The notes under the pieces: model-generated
The model's input: the letters and a program-made list of their open reading frames with translations, nothing else
Told to the model about the DNA's origin: nothing
Database searches by the model: none
Shown: one piece after another, positions 22,591 to 24,000 of the stretch
Layout of the letters: each line of letters starts with the position of its first letter
Numbering within the stretch: position 1 is the first letter of the stretch
From: Pyrococcus horikoshii OT3
GTDB taxonomy: Archaea > Methanobacteriota_B > Thermococci > Thermococcales > Thermococcaceae
Direction of reading: 5' to 3'
Length of the DNA stretch: 24,000 bases
Assembly (NCBI RefSeq): GCF_000011105.1
Contig: NC_000961.1
Location: 487,940-511,939 of the forward strand
Position numbers and translations under genes: made by a program

Positions 22591-23916
22591 ATGAAGAAAA
22601 AGGTCGTCATAATTGGCGGTGGAGCGGCCGGAATGAGTGCTGCTTCACGTGTAAAAAGGTTAAAGCCCGAATGGGATGTCAAGGTTTTTGAAGCCACTGA
22701 ATGGGTGAGCCATGCCCCATGTGGAATTCCTTACGTTGTTGAGGGCTTATCTACTCCCGATAAGTTGATGTACTATCCACCGGAGGTGTTCATAAAGAAA
22801 AGGGGGATAGATCTTCACTTAAACGCTGAGGTCATAGAAGTTGACACGGGATACGTTAGGGTTAGGGAGAACGGAGGAGAAAAAAGCTACGAGTGGGATT
22901 ACCTGGTCTTTGCCAATGGGGCTTCTCCGCAGGTTCCCGCTATTGAAGGAGTTAACCTCAAGGGAGTATTTACGGCAGATCTTCCCCCTGACGCCTTGGC
23001 GATAAGGGAGTACATGGAAAAGTACAAGGTTGAAAACGTTGTAATTATTGGAGGAGGATACATAGGAATTGAGATGGCCGAAGCATTTGCGGCCCAGGGA
23101 AAGAATGTTACGATGATAGTGAGGGGGGAAAGAGTTCTCAGGAGATCCTTTGACAAGGAAGTAACTGATATTTTAGAGGAGAAGCTGAAGAAGCATGTAA
23201 ATCTAAGACTGCAGGAGATTACTATGAAGATTGAAGGAGAGGAAAGGGTTGAGAAGGTCGTTACGGATGCTGGAGAGTACAAAGCTGAGCTCGTGATCTT
23301 AGCTACTGGAATAAAGCCGAACATAGAGCTAGCTAAGCAACTTGGAGTTAGAATTGGGGAAACCGGTGCAATATGGACAAATGAGAAAATGCAAACGAGC
23401 GTGGAAAACGTTTATGCTGCGGGAGACGTTGCGGAGACTAGGCATGTAATAACAGGGAGAAGAGTGTGGGTACCGCTAGCTCCCGCAGGAAACAAGATGG
23501 GTTACGTTGCAGGTTCCAACATAGCAGGTAAGGAACTGCACTTCCCAGGAGTGCTAGGAACAGCTGTAACTAAGTTCATGGATGTAGAGATAGGAAAGAC
23601 TGGATTGACAGAGATGGAAGCATTGAAGGAGGGTTACGACGTTAGAACGGCATTTATAAAAGCCTCAACAAGGCCACACTATTATCCTGGAGGAAGAGAG
23701 ATCTGGTTGAAGGGTGTGGTGGATAACGAGACTAATAGACTCCTCGGAGTTCAGGTTGTAGGATCTGACATACTACCTAGGATAGACACAGCTGCAGCTA
23801 TGCTCATGGCTGGGTTCACGACAAAGGATGCATTCTTCACGGATCTAGCCTATGCTCCACCGTTTGCACCAGTTTGGGATCCCCTCATAGTACTAGCTAG
23901 GGTTCTCAAGTTCTAG
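22591..23916 (+). CDS. CoA-disulfide reductase / NAD(P)H oxidase family flavoprotein (pyridine nucleotide-disulfide oxidoreductase, single active-site Cys)
   Basis: The FAD Rossmann motif is [15 protein letters not shown]. The single redox Cys is in SHAPCGIPY. The NAD(P)H Rossmann motif is [17 protein letters not shown], and AAGDVAE is also present. ATG 22591 has GGTGA 4 nt upstream. The ORF-track ATG 22579 is possible if the mRNA is leaderless. Confidence 0.85.
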
Positions 23917-24000
23917 AAGTTCAAAGTGGATCTCTAGTAATCCTTTACTTTTCCTAAATCTAACCTTTCTAATCTTTATTGGGCCAATCTCGCCCGTTGT

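Noticed and set aside
22899-23324. 141-aa - strand ORF inside the CoADR-family gene
   Set aside because: It is a shadow ORF antisense to a well-supported flavoprotein gene.

Overview
Chromosomal segment from a hyperthermophilic euryarchaeon. Gene content and order look like Thermococcales, most like Pyrococcus horikoshii, but I cannot verify this without a search. On the + strand (1-13.6 kb) there is a winged-helix methyltransferase, then a complete archaellum (fla/arl) operon. The operon has five tandem archaellin genes, then flaC, flaD, flaF, flaG, flaH, flaI and flaJ. A 641-aa surface-glycoprotein-like gene follows 3 nt after flaJ. The most interesting part is a tightly coupled locus on the - strand (13.55-17.6 kb) that converges on the fla operon and overlaps it by 20 bp. 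This locus encodes a membrane-tethered wHTH regulator and two paralogous secreted proteins with SipW/TasA-type signal peptides. It also encodes a dedicated S26 (SipW/Sec11-type) signal peptidase with a large extra domain, a small Cys-rich secreted protein sharing the subunit N-terminal motif, and a bitopic membrane protein. I read it as an uncharacterised, non-type-IV, TasA-like surface-fibre assembly module. The rest of the window holds tRNA-Gln(CUG), tRNA-Leu(CAA) and a COG1373-type AAA ATPase. It also holds a pyruvate kinase / DUF59-like / ferritin-like operon (- strand) and a CoA-disulfide reductase-family flavoprotein (+ strand). Other signals are listed here:
- TACATA boxes in a palindrome upstream of the fla promoter.
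- Nucleotide-identical gene-conversion blocks between archaellin genes.
- Intergenic hairpins.
- A repeated TTTAGTTAAT operator-like motif.
- A recurrent GAGGTGA-N5-start architecture that moves several ORF-track start codons.
No CRISPR array, rRNA or recognisable mobile element was seen.
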